Source: Spirochaetaceae bacterium
GTDB taxonomy: Bacteria > Spirochaetota > Spirochaetia > DSM-2461
NCBI GenBank assembly: GCA_051531975.1
Contig: JAOPTT010000014.1
Location: 135,167 to 199,166 of the forward strand
Length of the DNA: 64,000 bases
Direction: 5' to 3'
Shown here: piece by piece, positions 1 through 9,662 of the stretch
How the letters are laid out: each line of letters starts with the position of its first letter
How positions within the stretch are numbered: the first letter of the stretch is position 1
The notes under the pieces: model-generated
Told to the model about the DNA's origin: nothing
The model's database searches: none
Seen by the model: only the letters and a program-made list of their open reading frames with translations
Translations under genes and position numbers: made by a program

Positions 1-93
1 AGAGTTTTACCCCAAAAAGAGAGTTTAGACACAGAGATAATAGAATATTATATTAATGAAGCAATCAAAATAAACCAGGCTTTAAAGGGATAA
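1..93 (+). CDS. 3' end of a gene entering from the left edge (possibly DUF1801/YdeI-like)
   Basis: Frame 1 reads RVLPQKESLDTEIIEYYINEAIKINQALKG* with TAA at 91-93, converging on the next gene. The family guess rests only on the EAIKIN-type tail. Confidence 0.5.
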   Translation, partial: RVLPQKESLDTEIIEYYINEAIKINQALKG

Positions 94-94
94 T

Positions 95-589
95 CTATCT
101 AGGTTGGAGGATTTTTAGAAGGTCTGTTCTAACTGTTAAGTTACTAAAAGGTGTAGTTATATATCCTTTAGCACCTTTTTTAATGTTTTTATCCATTCGT
201 GTTTCTTTTTTTCTATTCACAATCATAATAACAATGGCACTACTATTATATTTAAGTATTTTATTTAAAGTAGTCAGTCCCCTATTTTTAGCATCATCAG
301 AACCTAAAAACAGAATATCTACTTCTTCACTTTGTTTTGTATACTTCTCAAAACCTTCTTTGTTATCTAATACAACATCAATAATAATAAATCCTTCAGA
401 TTTTAATATACTTGTTAACTGATATTGTTCCTTCTCTGAGTTATTTATAATAAATGCTCGAAGTTTTATTCCATCTCTTGTAAACCCAGATAAGATCTTA
501 TATGAGGCTCCACTAACAGCATCAGCTTCCTGTGAATAAAGACCAAAAGAGATGATAAATAATATAGTTATTAAACTTAATTTATACAT
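95..589 (-). CDS. Exported pseudo-receiver (degenerate CheY-like) protein with N-terminal DAVSGAS motif
   Basis: Hydrophobic signal peptide, then a receiver-fold pattern (LRAFIINNS, ILKSEGF, DILFLG, IVIMI, GAKGYITTP) with the catalytic residues replaced. Confidence 0.7.
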   Translation of the reverse strand: MYKLSLITILFIISFGLYSQEADAVSGASYKILSGFTRDGIKLRAFIINNSEKEQYQLTSILKSEGFIIIDVVLDNKEGFEKYTKQSEEVDILFLGSDDAKNRGLTTLNKILKYNSSAIVIMIVNRKKETRMDKNIKKGAKGYITTPFSNLTVRTDLLKILQPR

Positions 590-679
590 TCTGATATTCC
601 TTATAAATAGTTATCAATTACATTTAATTATAAACCATCTGGATCATTATTGTTATATTTAGTGTTTTTCAATTTGATA

Positions 680-1897
680 TTAATATCTCAAAGATAAATT
701 ATCTATAAATACTGTATCAGAACCACCATCAACTGAACTATCTTTACTATATTCCCATTTCAATTCATGCTCACCTTCCGATAATACATAGTTAAAATCA
801 AGCCAATCTGATGTTCCAGAGGCACTTAAGATTTCTGAATCATCAATATAAAATTTGAAATAATCATAACCACTCTCAGAAGATACTTTATATTTGAAAG
901 ATATGGTTGTACTAATATCGATATCTGTATTGTAACTAATACTGCTTTCCTCGTTACTATCAATTATCGCGGCTCTTAAACTCGAATAACCTCCTGTATA
1001 ACTATTAATATTATCTATGATCCAATCACCCTCTAAATCATCTGGAATAATATTGTTTTCAAAATCAAAATTAAAATCATTATAATAAGCTACACTACTG
1101 AATTCAATATAATCTAGCCAAGCTGAATCTGAACTTCGGTCACTACTTTTTGTATATTCCCATTTTACTGTATGCGTACCTGATGCTATTATAAATGAAT
1201 ATTTTGTCCAATCACTAATTTCATCTGATAATTCCTGTACTGCAGTTGTAGATTCATCTATATATACACTAAAATCTCCACCTGAGGATTTTTTTAAATA
1301 GTAGGAGACAACTGTTGCAGTTTCAAAAGTAATAGTGCTGCTCATACTACTTGTACCATAAGTAGTAGATATATCGAACTCAACAGCTTGAGATCCATCA
1401 TATGTATTATCAGTTTGTATTATAGGTTCATAGGTTGCAGACAAGTCCCAAGTATTTAAACTAGAAAATGTATCACCAGTACTTTCAAAGGAGTCATAAA
1501 CCTCTTTAGATATATAAACCATTCTATTAGAGCCCCAGCTTGACCATTCATCAGCTGAAAATTTAACTCTGGCTCTACAATAATAATCCCCTATTTCAGG
1601 TAGTGCTAAAGGTAAAATAAAAGCTAAGTTATCAGATGTTAATTCAGCACTATATAACGGATCTGAGTAAGTATCAGAACTACTAATCTCAAACTCATAC
1701 AAAATTCCATTATCAACTGAATTAATACTAATATCAGGTAAATTTGTATAAGCAAAAACATAATCATCGTCAAATAATTCTGATGGGGTGAAATCATATT
1801 TAGTATCAATATAATCATCCTCATCTATGGGTAAAAAATCCATATCGCAGGAGAATAGTAATAGTAAAATAACAAAGTTTTTAATTATATTTTTCAT
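680..1897 (-). CDS. Acidic lipoprotein with two beta-sandwich (carbohydrate-binding-like) modules
   Basis: Lipobox LLLFSC. Two similar modules end in GxHxxKWEYxK...DxxxxD, and the second carries SSESGYDYFKFYID. Confidence 0.75.
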   Translation of the reverse strand: MKNIIKNFVILLLLFSCDMDFLPIDEDDYIDTKYDFTPSELFDDDYVFAYTNLPDISINSVDNGILYEFEISSSDTYSDPLYSAELTSDNLAFILPLALPEIGDYYCRARVKFSADEWSSWGSNRMVYISKEVYDSFESTGDTFSSLNTWDLSATYEPIIQTDNTYDGSQAVEFDISTTYGTSSMSSTITFETATVVSYYLKKSSGGDFSVYIDESTTAVQELSDEISDWTKYSFIIASGTHTVKWEYTKSSDRSSDSAWLDYIEFSSVAYYNDFNFDFENNIIPDDLEGDWIIDNINSYTGGYSSLRAAIIDSNEESSISYNTDIDISTTISFKYKVSSESGYDYFKFYIDDSEILSASGTSDWLDFNYVLSEGEHELKWEYSKDSSVDGGSDTVFIDNLSLRY

Positions 1898-1907
1898 TTA
1901 ATTATCC

Positions 1908-3086
1908 TTAAATCGCAGTAGGTGTCATAAGAAAAGAGAATCCCAAAAATGTACCAGTTAAAGATAATAATAATCCAAGTCCAGCAGTTCCTAATGTAGC
2001 ATATTTCATATTTGTATAATCTGTGTAGTTAGATGTATTATCCAAGGCAAAGCTATCTGAATTCATTAAAAGTCCACTAACAAGAAGAGCAATACCAGAA
2101 CCTGCTAGAGATAAACCAGCTGTTCCTTTCATTTTTTTTTGTCTAATAGGGTCTTTATTGTAGTCAAGAATAATATCAAATGTATCGTTACCATCTACAT
2201 AAAAAGAAGATAATATTGGGGAAAATTTGTTTTTTTCAATCAGTATATTATTTTCTCCAACAGGTACATTTAAAGTGGCATTCAAAATGTTAGTTGTAAC
2301 ATCCTCGCCATTTAGAGTTATTTTACTACCGGGAAGATATCCACTAAGATTAACTTTAGGATTGTACAGTTCAATATTTATAGGTAATTCCATACTGTTA
2401 TTTATAGCTACAAAATCTTTATTAATTGTTTTAAAAGTCACATTTGTTATTGTTAATTCCCAATCACCTTCATATAAAGATATATGTTCATTGTCATTAT
2501 AAGTAATAGTTTCTCCAGTTGATTTTTCTACAAATAAGATAGATGTACCTAACGGTATTTCTTTATCAAAACTAACCAGAATCGATTTTTTTAGAGCAAC
2601 ATTAAGCTCTAAGTTCTCTAATTTTCCAATTTGAACAGTATTTGAAACAGGATAATACCCTTCTTTAGTTATTAAAACTGTATGTAGACCACTATTCAGT
2701 TTTATAGGTTTATTAATTTCTGAAGTAAAAGGAATTCCATTTAAAGTCAAACTTAATCCAACTAAATAGTTAGCAAATATATTTAAATAACCATAATAGT
2801 CTCCAAAAACAGGAGATATATAAGTTACTTTTGTTATATCAGGGTTATATATTATTTCACCTTCATACATTTTATCTTTACTTTTTAATAGAATACTGGT
2901 GTTACTTTTAATATTGGATAAAAAAATTGGAGATTCTCCAATAAAAACATCATCAATAAATACCTCAGAACTCTCTATTGGTTGAATAAAAACTAAATTT
3001 CCAGTTTCAATTATATTGTCATCATCAGCAAATAGCATAACTGACAACATTGTTTTTAATAATATTAGCATAATTTTTTTTGTCAT
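1908..3086 (-). CDS. PEGA-domain exported protein with C-terminal hydrophobic helices
   Basis: Signal peptide, PEGA-like motifs (SEVFIDDVFIGESP, GLHTVLITKEGY) and two C-terminal hydrophobic segments. Confidence 0.75.
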   Translation of the reverse strand: MTKKIMLILLKTMLSVMLFADDDNIIETGNLVFIQPIESSEVFIDDVFIGESPIFLSNIKSNTSILLKSKDKMYEGEIIYNPDITKVTYISPVFGDYYGYLNIFANYLVGLSLTLNGIPFTSEINKPIKLNSGLHTVLITKEGYYPVSNTVQIGKLENLELNVALKKSILVSFDKEIPLGTSILFVEKSTGETITYNDNEHISLYEGDWELTITNVTFKTINKDFVAINNSMELPINIELYNPKVNLSGYLPGSKITLNGEDVTTNILNATLNVPVGENNILIEKNKFSPILSSFYVDGNDTFDIILDYNKDPIRQKKMKGTAGLSLAGSGIALLVSGLLMNSDSFALDNTSNYTDYTNMKYATLGTAGLGLLLSLTGTFLGFSFLMTPTAI

Positions 3087-3192
3087 ATTTTTTTATATCA
3101 TGCATTATTAGTAATTACAAATGTTTTCTTGAATTTAATTCAAAACCGGATATAATATTCATATCTTAAAAACTCGTGGATGTACTATAAAA

Positions 3193-6100
3193 ATGAAAAT
3201 TAAAAAAAATATTATTCTATCTATCATTATACTTATTTTATTAACTGGATGTATCAGTACAGCAATTGATCCAGAAATACAAATGAACCTTGAAAAAGAA
3301 CAAATTAGTAATATCTATAAAGGCTGGAGTACTATTTTAAATAATAAGTATGAAGACGCTTATGTAGATTTTAATGACATTATAAATAACGATGAGTTAA
3401 ATTATTCTGAGCTTAGATCAAGTATGTATAGGGGTTTAGGTATTGCTTCATATGCTAAAAGTGATGACTTTGAAGCATTTGAGATGCTATATAAATCTAT
3501 AGAACTAAATCCCAACAATCCTTATTCATTAGTTGCAGCGACTTTTATTAGAGATGAAACTCTATGGGATTTTACTAGATATAAAAAACTAATTGTTCTT
3601 TTAGAAGAGATTGTAAAAGATAAGAAAACATCTACCTGGCTAAAAAGAGAGTACCTATATTTTTTAGACGATTATTATCGTTATGACATTGGAGATTTTA
3701 AAAAAGCTGATGGTATAAAAGAAAAACTCAATATCATAACTAATTGGGAAATAATTGGTCCATATTCAAATATTTCTAAATCTGGATATAAAAATGATTA
3801 CATTCTAATTGATGAAAAAGATCCCTCCGGATTAAAAAAAGCTAAAACTGGAATTAATAATTGGGCTATTAATACATTCACCCCTGAAATAAAAAACAGA
3901 GCTCTATATACCCCTATATCCTCTTATTTTGATTCAGAAAATTATACATCGATATATGCTTATAAAAATCTTTCAATAAAAGAGGAAGGCAACTACGAAT
4001 TTGTATTAAGCAGATATGGAAGTATCGAAGTTTGGATTAACGATAAAAAGCATATAGAACAGTCAAGTGATACAGGTGGAAACAATAACTTCTATTTTAC
4101 TGTAAAACTAAATGAAGGTGATAACAAAATACTAATAAAGAGTAATAAATTAGAGAGAAGTAATTCTTTTAATCTATCTTATGAAATAGCCAGCGAAGAT
4201 CACAAATACAATAGAAACAAACTGTATTCTAATCTTTTCCCTGATGAGTCAGTTTTTGACCCACAGCTAAATAGTTTATGTGAACAAGTTACCCTAGATA
4301 AAAGTTCTCCTGAGGGATATATATGGCTTTCTTATGCTCTACTAGACAAAGGTTGGATAAAACAAGCCACAAAGGTTTTAACGGACTTAAAAGAATACAA
4401 TTCTAATGGGGACTTATACCAATATTTTTCCGCATATCTATATAAATTAAATCAAGACTACCCTCTTTATAATAAAGAAATCATGAATCTAGCAGAGAAG
4501 AAAAAATCATTTGTTCCAATTCAGTTAAGAGCTGCTAAAAATTATCTTGCTATGGGACGGATTGGTAAAGCAGAAGCCTTTTTCAAAGAAAATTTTAAAG
4601 ATCGTACAGAATGGTTTTATACTCTGTATTTAGATCTATTGATAAATATAAATAATAAGAATGATGATAAGGTATTAACAATATATAAAAAAATAAAATA
4701 TCTATTTCCAGACATACCTTCAATAGATCTGACAATGGTTTATAACCAAAACAATATGACTGTAGCAGAAAAAAACAGTTATATTAGTAATTTATACAAA
4801 AGTGGAAATTATCGCTCAGCTCTCTATTTGGATTATACAATCAAGAGAAATCATGGAACATTTAGCCAAGCAAAAGAAAAATTGAAAAGTTATTTAGATT
4901 TTTATCCTCTAAACATTAACAATTGGATAGAATATATAGATCTTTTATATAATAGCAGCACTGCTGAATATAAAACTATTAAAGAAGTAATTGAATTGAC
5001 CATGGGAACTTACCCTAATTCTTATGATCTATTATATATAGAGAAAGAGAACTCCAGAGCAACATGGACAATGATGGATAAATATTATTATGAAAATTTA
5101 GATGATTTTAATACTAATACTTCTAATGTAAAGACTTTCATGTCAGATATGGAGTCAGCTAAAGAAACTTATAAGAACTCTATGGAGCAGATTATAAAAT
5201 ATTATCCATACAGTCTTGAAATTAGAGATGAACTTCGTAGATTAAGTAATAAAAAAGAGTTTCTTGATAAAATAAAAATAAAAGACTCATATGATATAAT
5301 TGATAAGTTTAAAAAGGCTGATTTTATACATAATCCATCAGATGCAACTATAGTATACGATTCACAACAAGAACTCTATTTTGGAGATGGAGCATCATCA
5401 CAATTTCATCACTTTATAATTAGGGTAAATACACTCTCAGGAATTGAGGATAATAGATTCATAAATTTAGGTTTTTATCCAAATAATAAATACAATCATG
5501 TATACGATGCATTTACATTAAAGGATGATGGGACAAGAATAGAAGCAGATTTCTCAGGAAAAGAAGTTGCATATTCAAGACTTAGCCCAGGGGACTTTAT
5601 AGTACTAAGTTATAGAACCGATCAGTACGAATCAGGGGAACTTAATAGTGAAATTTTTACTCAAGTAAACCTAGAGTCTACATATCCTATTCACTTTAAA
5701 GTATTGGATATTATCTATCCTAAAAAATTAAAACTAAATTATAAGTATATTAATATAGCTGAGGATGAGGTTGAACTTACTACAACCTCATTTGAAACTA
5801 GTTATACTAAAACAACGGTTAAGATAAATAATAAAGAGGCTAAAACATTTACAAATTTTACAGGTAAATGGAGAGATTATATTCCAAGTGTAGAAATATC
5901 TACTCTTAAAAGTTGGGATAACATTCTAGATTGGTATAAACCGTTATATGAAGGGCAAACAATTGCCTCTAAACTAGTTAAGCAAAAAGCTGAAGAGTTA
6001 ACAACTGATGCAAAAAGTGATAACGAAAAGATTAAGGCAATTTTTAATTTTGTGGCAAATAAAATTGAGTACGAAGACTTATCATTCCAATATGACGGCT

Positions 6101-7083
6101 ATATCCCACAGAGTGCTGATTCTATATTAAAAGAAGGGTATGGAGATTGTAAGGATCAGAGTGTACTGCTTATTTCAATGCTGAAATCCGTTGGTATAGA
6201 GTCTTACTTAACTCTTAATGCAACCTATTACAATGGATTAAATGTCTTTTTACCATCTCTGATATTTGATCATGCTATTGTTGCTGTAGAATCTGATGGG
6301 AATGTTTCTTATCTTGACCCTACACTTACATATTATACATATGGTGATATGCCAGCAGATAGAAATGGAACGTTCCTTTTAGATATAAAAGAAGGTGGAA
6401 CATTTCATAGGGCAAATTACAACATAGAAAAACAGAAAAATTTCTCTATTCTTGAGATAAAAAATATTGATAGTATTACAAAGATTAATGGTTCAATGAT
6501 ATATCAAGGTAGTAGTGCATGGAATATAAGATCAACATACAAAGATATAACTGAAGATGAGAAACAAACGACATTTGAAGAGCATACTAATAGCTGGATT
6601 CCAGGTTTTAAATTAAACACATTTGATCTAGAAAATAGTGATGATATTTTTTATGACCCTAAAATTGAGTTTTCAGGTAGTATGAATGGAATAATAACAA
6701 CTGTTGATAATAGCCTTGTTAAAATTAATTCTCCCTGGCGTGATTATTTAGATAATCAAACTCAGTATTGGTTAGGTGCAGATCCTGAAAGTAAAACTAT
6801 TTCAATTCCTGGTTCAAGAGTATCTACGCCCAAAAACCAAGTGATAATAATTGATATTCCTAATAAATACAAAATCCATTCACTTCCTCAGGAGATTAAA
6901 TTAACTTTTAAAAATAGTTATATTAATTTCAGTGCCCAAGAGATATCAGGCAAATTAGTTTTAAAGCGGGATATATTTATACCTGAACAGATTGTTGATC
7001 AGAATGAAATTGATGAATTTAAAATGTTTATAGAAAATGCACTTGAAGTAGAAAAGCAGGAAGTATATTTATCCATTAATTAG
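3193..7083 (+). CDS. Large lipoprotein with TPR repeats plus DUF3857/transglutaminase-like domain
   Basis: Lipobox LLTGC, TPR-like helices and a transglutaminase-like triad (GDCKD, FDHAI, YLDPT). Confidence 0.85.
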   Translation: MKIKKNIILSIIILILLTGCISTAIDPEIQMNLEKEQISNIYKGWSTILNNKYEDAYVDFNDIINNDELNYSELRSSMYRGLGIASYAKSDDFEAFEMLYKSIELNPNNPYSLVAATFIRDETLWDFTRYKKLIVLLEEIVKDKKTSTWLKREYLYFLDDYYRYDIGDFKKADGIKEKLNIITNWEIIGPYSNISKSGYKNDYILIDEKDPSGLKKAKTGINNWAINTFTPEIKNRALYTPISSYFDSENYTSIYAYKNLSIKEEGNYEFVLSRYGSIEVWINDKKHIEQSSDTGGNNNFYFTVKLNEGDNKILIKSNKLERSNSFNLSYEIASEDHKYNRNKLYSNLFPDESVFDPQLNSLCEQVTLDKSSPEGYIWLSYALLDKGWIKQATKVLTDLKEYNSNGDLYQYFSAYLYKLNQDYPLYNKEIMNLAEKKKSFVPIQLRAAKNYLAMGRIGKAEAFFKENFKDRTEWFYTLYLDLLININNKNDDKVLTIYKKIKYLFPDIPSIDLTMVYNQNNMTVAEKNSYISNLYKSGNYRSALYLDYTIKRNHGTFSQAKEKLKSYLDFYPLNINNWIEYIDLLYNSSTAEYKTIKEVIELTMGTYPNSYDLLYIEKENSRATWTMMDKYYYENLDDFNTNTSNVKTFMSDMESAKETYKNSMEQIIKYYPYSLEIRDELRRLSNKKEFLDKIKIKDSYDIIDKFKKADFIHNPSDATIVYDSQQELYFGDGASSQFHHFIIRVNTLSGIEDNRFINLGFYPNNKYNHVYDAFTLKDDGTRIEADFSGKEVAYSRLSPGDFIVLSYRTDQYESGELNSEIFTQVNLESTYPIHFKVLDIIYPKKLKLNYKYINIAEDEVELTTTSFETSYTKTTVKINNKEAKTFTNFTGKWRDYIPSVEISTLKSWDNILDWYKPLYEGQTIASKLVKQKAEELTTDAKSDNEKIKAIFNFVANKIEYEDLSFQYDGYIPQSADSILKEGYGDCKDQSVLLISMLKSVGIESYLTLNATYYNGLNVFLPSLIFDHAIVAVESDGNVSYLDPTLTYYTYGDMPADRNGTFLLDIKEGGTFHRANYNIEKQKNFSILEIKNIDSITKINGSMIYQGSSAWNIRSTYKDITEDEKQTTFEEHTNSWIPGFKLNTFDLENSDDIFYDPKIEFSGSMNGIITTVDNSLVKINSPWRDYLDNQTQYWLGADPESKTISIPGSRVSTPKNQVIIIDIPNKYKIHSLPQEIKLTFKNSYINFSAQEISGKLVLKRDIFIPEQIVDQNEIDEFKMFIENALEVEKQEVYLSIN

Positions 7084-7109
7084 AACCTGTTTATTTTTCT
7101 AAATAAGTG

Positions 7110-7158
7110 CTGTTCTACCCCTAATACGAAACCTAGGGGTTGGCAGAGTTTTTACCTA
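7110..7158. repeat. Hairpin-forming 49-bp sequence, copy 1 (copy 2 at 9614-9662)
   Basis: ctgttctacccctaatacgaaacctaggggttggcagagtttttaccta matches 9614-9662 at 43/49 by manual alignment. Confidence 0.85.
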
Positions 7159-7182
7159 TTTGAATTATCTACAGGAGCGAAA

Positions 7183-8244
7183 ATGAACAAAAAAAAATGT
7201 GTCATACTTCAATCAATATTTATTGCATCTTTAATAATTATCCTTACAGGTTGTGATTCTAAAACCATTGAGAAAGAAGTCGATTCTTACATTGAAACCT
7301 TTTCTGAATATAAGGCATTCCATGGATCCATTCTTATTGCCAGTGGAGATAATATTCTAGTTAGAAAGGGATATGGAATGGCTAATGTTGAACATGAAGT
7401 TAAAAACAATTCAAATACTAAATTCAGAATTGGCTCCATGACAAAACAATTTACAGCGATGGCTATATTAATACTGCAAGAAAAAGGATTACTTAATATT
7501 TCAGATAATATTGATCAATATATCCCTAATTGTCCTGAATCATGGAAGGAAATAACAATTCATCAGCTTCTTACACATACATCTGGGATTCCCAATTTCA
7601 CCTCTTTTCCAGAATATATGGATGTAATGAAAAAAGAGCATTCAGTCTTACAAATCATGTCATTGTTTATGGATAAATCTTTAAAATATACTCCAGGGAA
7701 ATTTTTCTCTTATTCAAATTCAGGATATATTGTACTTGGTTATATAATAGAAAAAGTTTCTAATAAAAAATATGAGGATTATCTCAACGAACATATATTT
7801 AAAAAGATTGGAATGAAAAACACAGGTTATGATCACAATAAAGAGATAATAAAAAATAGAGCTACTGGGTATTATTTCAATGGCACACAAAATGCTGATT
7901 ATATTCATATGTCGGTTCCACATGCAGCAGGAGCACTTTACAGCACAGTTGAAGATCTCTATTTATGGGATCGGGCATTATATACTGATAAAATTGTTAA
8001 TAAAAAATCATTAGATTCAATGTTTACAAATTATATTGGAAGCTATGGATATGGATGGAAAATTAATGAAACACAGAGCAATTCTAAACTAATTGAACAT
8101 GACGGAATGATTAATGGTTTTTCTTCTTACATCGGTAGATATATTGATGATGATTTAGTTCTTATTATTCTTTCAAATGATGGAACGCAGGGACGTTTAA
8201 TCCTTCCTAGCATAACTAAAATTGTTACAAACTATTTACCATAA
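7183..8244 (+). CDS. Serine hydrolase, beta-lactamase class C/AmpC-like family lipoprotein
   Basis: SxxK (GSMTK), LLTHTSG, YSN and HDG motifs; lipobox LTGC. Confidence 0.9.
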   Translation: MNKKKCVILQSIFIASLIIILTGCDSKTIEKEVDSYIETFSEYKAFHGSILIASGDNILVRKGYGMANVEHEVKNNSNTKFRIGSMTKQFTAMAILILQEKGLLNISDNIDQYIPNCPESWKEITIHQLLTHTSGIPNFTSFPEYMDVMKKEHSVLQIMSLFMDKSLKYTPGKFFSYSNSGYIVLGYIIEKVSNKKYEDYLNEHIFKKIGMKNTGYDHNKEIIKNRATGYYFNGTQNADYIHMSVPHAAGALYSTVEDLYLWDRALYTDKIVNKKSLDSMFTNYIGSYGYGWKINETQSNSKLIEHDGMINGFSSYIGRYIDDDLVLIILSNDGTQGRLILPSITKIVTNYLP

Positions 8245-8329
8245 TGGATCAGGTATTTAACTGCAACCTCTGTAGCACATGCATATTCATCATTATCTAT
8301 GGTGATTAATCTAGCTGTAAAGTTAAAAT
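8237..8329 (-). pseudogene. Remnant of a paralog of the WD40 lipoprotein gene (3' region, internally deleted)
   Basis: 8237-8296 matches 9737-9796 at 53/60, and 8297-8329 matches 9977-10009 at 27/33, by manual alignment. Confidence 0.8.
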
Positions 8330-8469
8330 CAAAGGAAGAAAATACATATAAAGTGCTGCCAAATACAACCTAGAGTTCAATTGGGAAGACGTTAAACAAA
8401 AGCAACAATCTTTCTTCTAGGTTATCTTATTGTAACTTTAAAGATACTGAATTAAATATATTTAACGAT

Positions 8470-8907
8470 TTAATTAGATTCCAAATAATTCTTGAAGTCT
8501 AAATTAATTTGTTTGAAATTTAACTCTGTCGGTACTAAAACTGGCTTAATTAGAGGTCTAATTAGAATACCTGAAAAATCCTCAATTTGTAATAATTTTG
8601 TAGTATTATCTCCTAAATCTTCAAAATGGAACTGATGGTGACCATCGAATAGACCATTAAACAATAGATGCCCAATCCACTCAAAACTTTTATTCTCTTC
8701 ATTTTTTAAAAGAGTTGGATTCATAGTCATAGGTTTTTTACCATCCTGATATAAATCGACTTTAAATCTTTCTCCTACTTTTGTATTAGTATAATAAACC
8801 TTAAATCCTTTATTCCAATTTGTATGGTCCTTAAAGTCTACAAATTTACTCCAAACACTTTTTATTGGAGCGTTAATTATAATTTCTGTCTCTATTCTGT
8901 ATTTCAT
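8470..8907 (-). CDS. SRPBCC (polyketide cyclase/START-like) family protein
   Basis: IETEIIINAP..VW start, plus GLFDGHHQF and EDFSG motifs typical of SRPBCC. Confidence 0.85.
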   Translation of the reverse strand: MKYRIETEIIINAPIKSVWSKFVDFKDHTNWNKGFKVYYTNTKVGERFKVDLYQDGKKPMTMNPTLLKNEENKSFEWIGHLLFNGLFDGHHQFHFEDLGDNTTKLLQIEDFSGILIRPLIKPVLVPTELNFKQINLDFKNYLESN

Positions 8908-8911
8908 AATA

Positions 8912-9466
8912 TTACCTTATCCCTTTAATTATAGTTTCTATTAGTTCATCAATAAAAGTTTCATTCATAATTGCAAGCTCACCGTTATCAAAAAATATTT
9001 TGTTATGATATGGAAAACTTATACATGCCAATATATACAGATATGAAACATCAACAGATTTAATTTTAAATTCACCAGTGTCATTTGCAATTGTTAATTG
9101 ATTTCTCAATTCATCCCAAAATGGTTGAATATATTGTTTTATATCTTTTAAACGACTACTTTTTAATATTATTTCACTGTGTAATATATCTATTAGTTCT
9201 GGGTCATTTTTCCTTAATATAAGTATTGTTTTTAACAGGTTTCTTAAATTCCCCTCAATATCAACCGAACTGTTTTTTATTTTTGTACTAGGAAAAAATT
9301 CATCGAATATACCAACTAATAATCCATTTTTACTACCGAAATAATATGAAATCATTGAACTGTTAACTTTCGATTTGTCTGAAATATCTCTTATTGATGT
9401 TTGTGCAAACCCTTTATTTGCAAATAGACTTTTACTTGCTAATAGTAGCTCAATTCTTTTGTTCAT
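8912..9466 (-). CDS. TetR/AcrR family transcriptional regulator
   Basis: N-terminal HTH LFANKGFAQTSIRDI...ISYYFGSKNGL. Confidence 0.92.
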   Translation of the reverse strand: MNKRIELLLASKSLFANKGFAQTSIRDISDKSKVNSSMISYYFGSKNGLLVGIFDEFFPSTKIKNSSVDIEGNLRNLLKTILILRKNDPELIDILHSEIILKSSRLKDIKQYIQPFWDELRNQLTIANDTGEFKIKSVDVSYLYILACISFPYHNKIFFDNGELAIMNETFIDELIETIIKGIR

Positions 9467-9474
9467 TCATCCTC

Positions 9475-9506
9475 TTTAAATCAATCAATCAATTGATTGA
9501 TTTAAA
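9475..9506. promoter_or_regulatory. Candidate TetR operator (15-bp perfect inverted repeat)
   Basis: tttaaatcaatcaat-ca-attgattgatttaaa lies directly upstream of the TetR start. Confidence 0.75.
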
Positions 9507-9613
9507 TATTAGCACTATAATTATTAAATAGCAAGTCTCTGAAAGCCGTATTAGATCAAATTAATGTTACTAGAGAAATACCATCAAGTTGTACAACCAT
9601 TCCATAAGAACTA

Positions 9614-9662
9614 CTGCTCTACCCCAAATACGAAACCTAGGGATAGGCAGTGTTTTAACCTA
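9614..9662. repeat. Hairpin-forming 49-bp sequence, copy 2, at the WD40 gene stop (likely 3' stem-loop/terminator)
   Basis: ctgctctaccccaaatacgaaacctagggataggcagtgttttaaccta; its last three bases are the WD40 stop codon. Confidence 0.8.

Noticed and set aside
7110..7158. Repeated hairpin as an integron attC site
   Set aside because: There are no RYYYAAC/GTTRRRY core sites at the ends and no integrase; duplication of the WD40 3' region explains it better.
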